Source of the DNA: Phoronis australis
Lineage: Eukaryota; Animalia; Phoronida
Length of the DNA: 64,000 nucleotides
Reading direction: 5' to 3'
Assembly (NCBI GenBank): GCA_002633005.1
Contig: NMRA01000523.1
Coordinates: 125,790 to 189,789, forward strand
Below are positions 61,422-64,000 of the stretch, in pieces. Position 1 is the stretch's first letter. Each line of letters opens with the position of its first letter. Below the pieces are notes generated by a model. The model saw only the letters and a list, made by a program, of their open reading frames with translations, made no database searches and was not told where the DNA came from. A program made the position numbers and the translations under genes.

Positions 61422-64000
61422 GGGGCTATTCGGAGAATTCTCCTCGCGGTGTCGCTGCTGTACTAGTGGTGATTGAATTGCGCATGCGTGGCTGTCTGCA
61501 TGTAAACAACTGGTAAAAGATGGAATTTTTATCAAAATACGTCGCCGCGCTAAGCCTTATTACTGCTAATTTCCCTGGTGCAAGTCTTCGACAGGTGGCC
61601 ACAAATTCCCAAGAGACCTAAGGTTACTATATTCGTGGACAATTGCGGTCAACAGGGTCAACTAACTGACAAAAAGTGTGTGGATGCTGAAGCCCCGTGT
61701 GTTCTGTATGACTAAGCAGTTCCATTCGGAGACTACACAACATTACTTGGTAAGTTTTTGGCAATCAGTTTCTATCAACATCGTTCGGTGATGTTATCCC
61801 CACCAGTTACCCCACTGAATAACAGTTTTATTGAGTGGAACTAAGTGTTTCTTTTTGGAAACACCCGATGCCGGGTAGGCTAGCAGCACATATTCATATT
61901 GTCCTGGGTGGGAGTGCTCCCAAAATAAGGGGTGTATGGTTCGTGATGCACAGAAGTCAAGAGTGACTTTTTCACAGCAGTTTCTCTTCAAAACTATGCT
62001 GTTTCCTATAAAATTCTCTAGATGAGTGAGTTTCCTTATTTCATCGTGGACCCCACCCCCAGGACCACCAGCTCAGTTATCGAATTAACATGAATAAGCC
62101 TTAATTCAGTAAATGTCGTAACATTGCATTGGAAAAAAATTGACACCTAGAATGAATTTTACTTGTTGAGATCAGAAGCACATTTTAAGTGTCATGAAAA
62201 ATACACATTGTTAAATCACTTTTAGCCTGTTTCACATATTTTAATTCAGATATTAAATAAGACTTGGGTACAAAGGTTATTAGTTTCTACACATAAACAT
62301 GAAGATGAAATGTCAAGTATGTTCTGCCTTACAAAAGTAGTTTTGTCTTGTCTTTTCTTTTACAATTTGCTAATATTTCTATTCTGTTACAGGCAAGAAA
62401 AAACAACTGAAACCAACCGCCTGACCATCTATTTCACCGTTGGACAAAGTGAAAAGCAATCCTTCAGCAATAACCTGAGAGAATTGAACGTAATTCAGAA
62501 ATTCAGCACCTGATATGCCTGATTATGGACTCCCTCGCAATGTTGTTTCTTTCTGTGCTTTTTCAGTTTGCCATTTGTTTTTAAATACACTGATAATTGT
62601 TTATTCTCGAATCTTGTGCATAGCAGATTCTTATCCAGCTAGCTACAATTGAAAACATACAATAAGACAATCGATGCAGTCACTGAATGTCATTTCCCCA
62701 TAATCTGTACCAAATTGAAAAGTTTTTACCAATAGTATAAAGCCTTTCTTCTGAAAGGAAAATTTAATGTCACTCAGCTTTTGGCTTTCATTTCACTGGG
62801 TTCTAGTTTCAATGGCCTATAGAAGCGCTTGTAAAAAAGGTCCAGTTTCAACACGTGGCTTTCTTTCATGTAACCTCATTCAGCCTCAATAACATCCACA
62901 ATTAGACCCTTGAAGGTAAACACAGCAGCATATCACTTGAATCGTTTTGAGCCCAAAATCAGACTCTGAACTAGACCAGAGTGTGACTAGGTCTTCTTTA
63001 GCTTCAGTCCCTCATGTTTCTTCCAGGAAAGGAAATAAGCTATTGTCCACACATGACTCATTGCCTATGAAAGGGCATCCTCACCAACAAGGCTTATTTG
63101 TGTAGCAGTCAGATATAGTTCGTCTGGATACACAGACACTCCACTGGCACATTGTCTTATGGTAACTTAGTACTGCGATTAACATTTCTCCAGGGCCACT
63201 GACTTGCACATTGTGCCATGCAGCACTGCTGGTGTGTGGAAGTGCTGTGGGAAGAGAACGGAGTAACAAAGCTTGTCTATGATACAGCTTGAAGTGGCCT
63301 TAAAATGTCACTGAACCTGGAACAAATATTGAAATATGAATAATTAAGTACTCCAGATTGGATCAAAAATGTTATCCCTGTTTTTCAAAAATATATGGTG
63401 ATTGGTCTACAGTTTCACATAAAAGTAAATAATTACTATTTTCAGAAACCAAGGGTGTATATAATGAGTATTGCATAAAACTGTGTCTTTATTTTTTATC
63501 CCTAGCCATAACAATTCTTTAAACGCATCACTTGTCTGTAAAATATACAAGTTTTTTGAGACAACTTCAAACCTTTGTTACCCATTTTCAAGCCTTTTTA
63601 ATTTTGATACTTTCAGCAATTTTAAACTCAGATTACAGGTTCATGGGTCTGTCAAGCATACTTCTAGCCTAAGGTTGAGGGAACCGTTTTTCTTCTAATA
63701 GAAGATATGAAGACTTGGGTCATTTAAAAATGATGGATAATCTTTCTGTTGTTTAAGAGTAATTACAAATCGTAAGGCACCATCAAAAATGCAATTTTCA
63801 CAAAAATGGCAGTCATTTGAATTTATAACGACTTGCAACATTTCAAGGCATGAGTTAAGACTATTCAGTCACTGTGAATTCGGAAAATGTAATATATTTT
63901 CGTGGTTTTACAATTGATACAAGTAGCAAAACAGTTTCATGAAATCAACTTGAAGGGACTTCGTGAAGGTTAAGAATTACCTCACCATGCTCTTTTCCCC
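61422..64000 (+). mobile_element. ISL2EU/PIF-Harbinger-like THAP element, running off the window end
   Basis: AT then ggggctattc terminus. THAP relic at ~61550-61750 (YC*FPWCKSSTGGHKFPRD...WTIAVNR) ends at a gtaag donor. A second exon at ~62393 (KKQLKPTA*PSI) carries the AVPTIF-like box. Faint DDE_Tnp_4-like traces at ~63000-63290. Confidence 0.7.

Overview
AT-rich, intron-containing, repeat-dense eukaryotic DNA, most consistent with an invertebrate animal scaffold. It has one ~946-bp N gap and no prokaryotic or CRISPR features. The main result is a minus-strand tandem gene family that the ORF track misses because it is split into 7 small coding exons: two intact copies (2132-6421 and 14612-22278, 236 aa each) and a truncated third (~34500-35709). 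The protein is a single-pass membrane protein with a signal peptide, an Arg/Gly-rich region resembling the N-terminus of vertebrate Shadoo (SPRN), a six-Cys Shisa-like ectodomain, a TM helix with juxtamembrane CC, and a tail with two PPxY motifs. The rest is mostly mobile DNA: a full-length degenerate Ty3/gypsy element with ~120-bp LTRs, three Kolobok-type elements (TTAA target sites, THAP relics, a KolX relic), two near-identical inverted copies of an ISL2EU-like THAP element, several MITE families, a LINE 3' fragment, a tRNA-like SINE head, minisatellites, and an LTR-like sequence carrying heat-shock elements. A probable first coding exon of a cytosolic sulfotransferase lies at 58656-58839. 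All exon models and family calls were read by hand; no database search was run.
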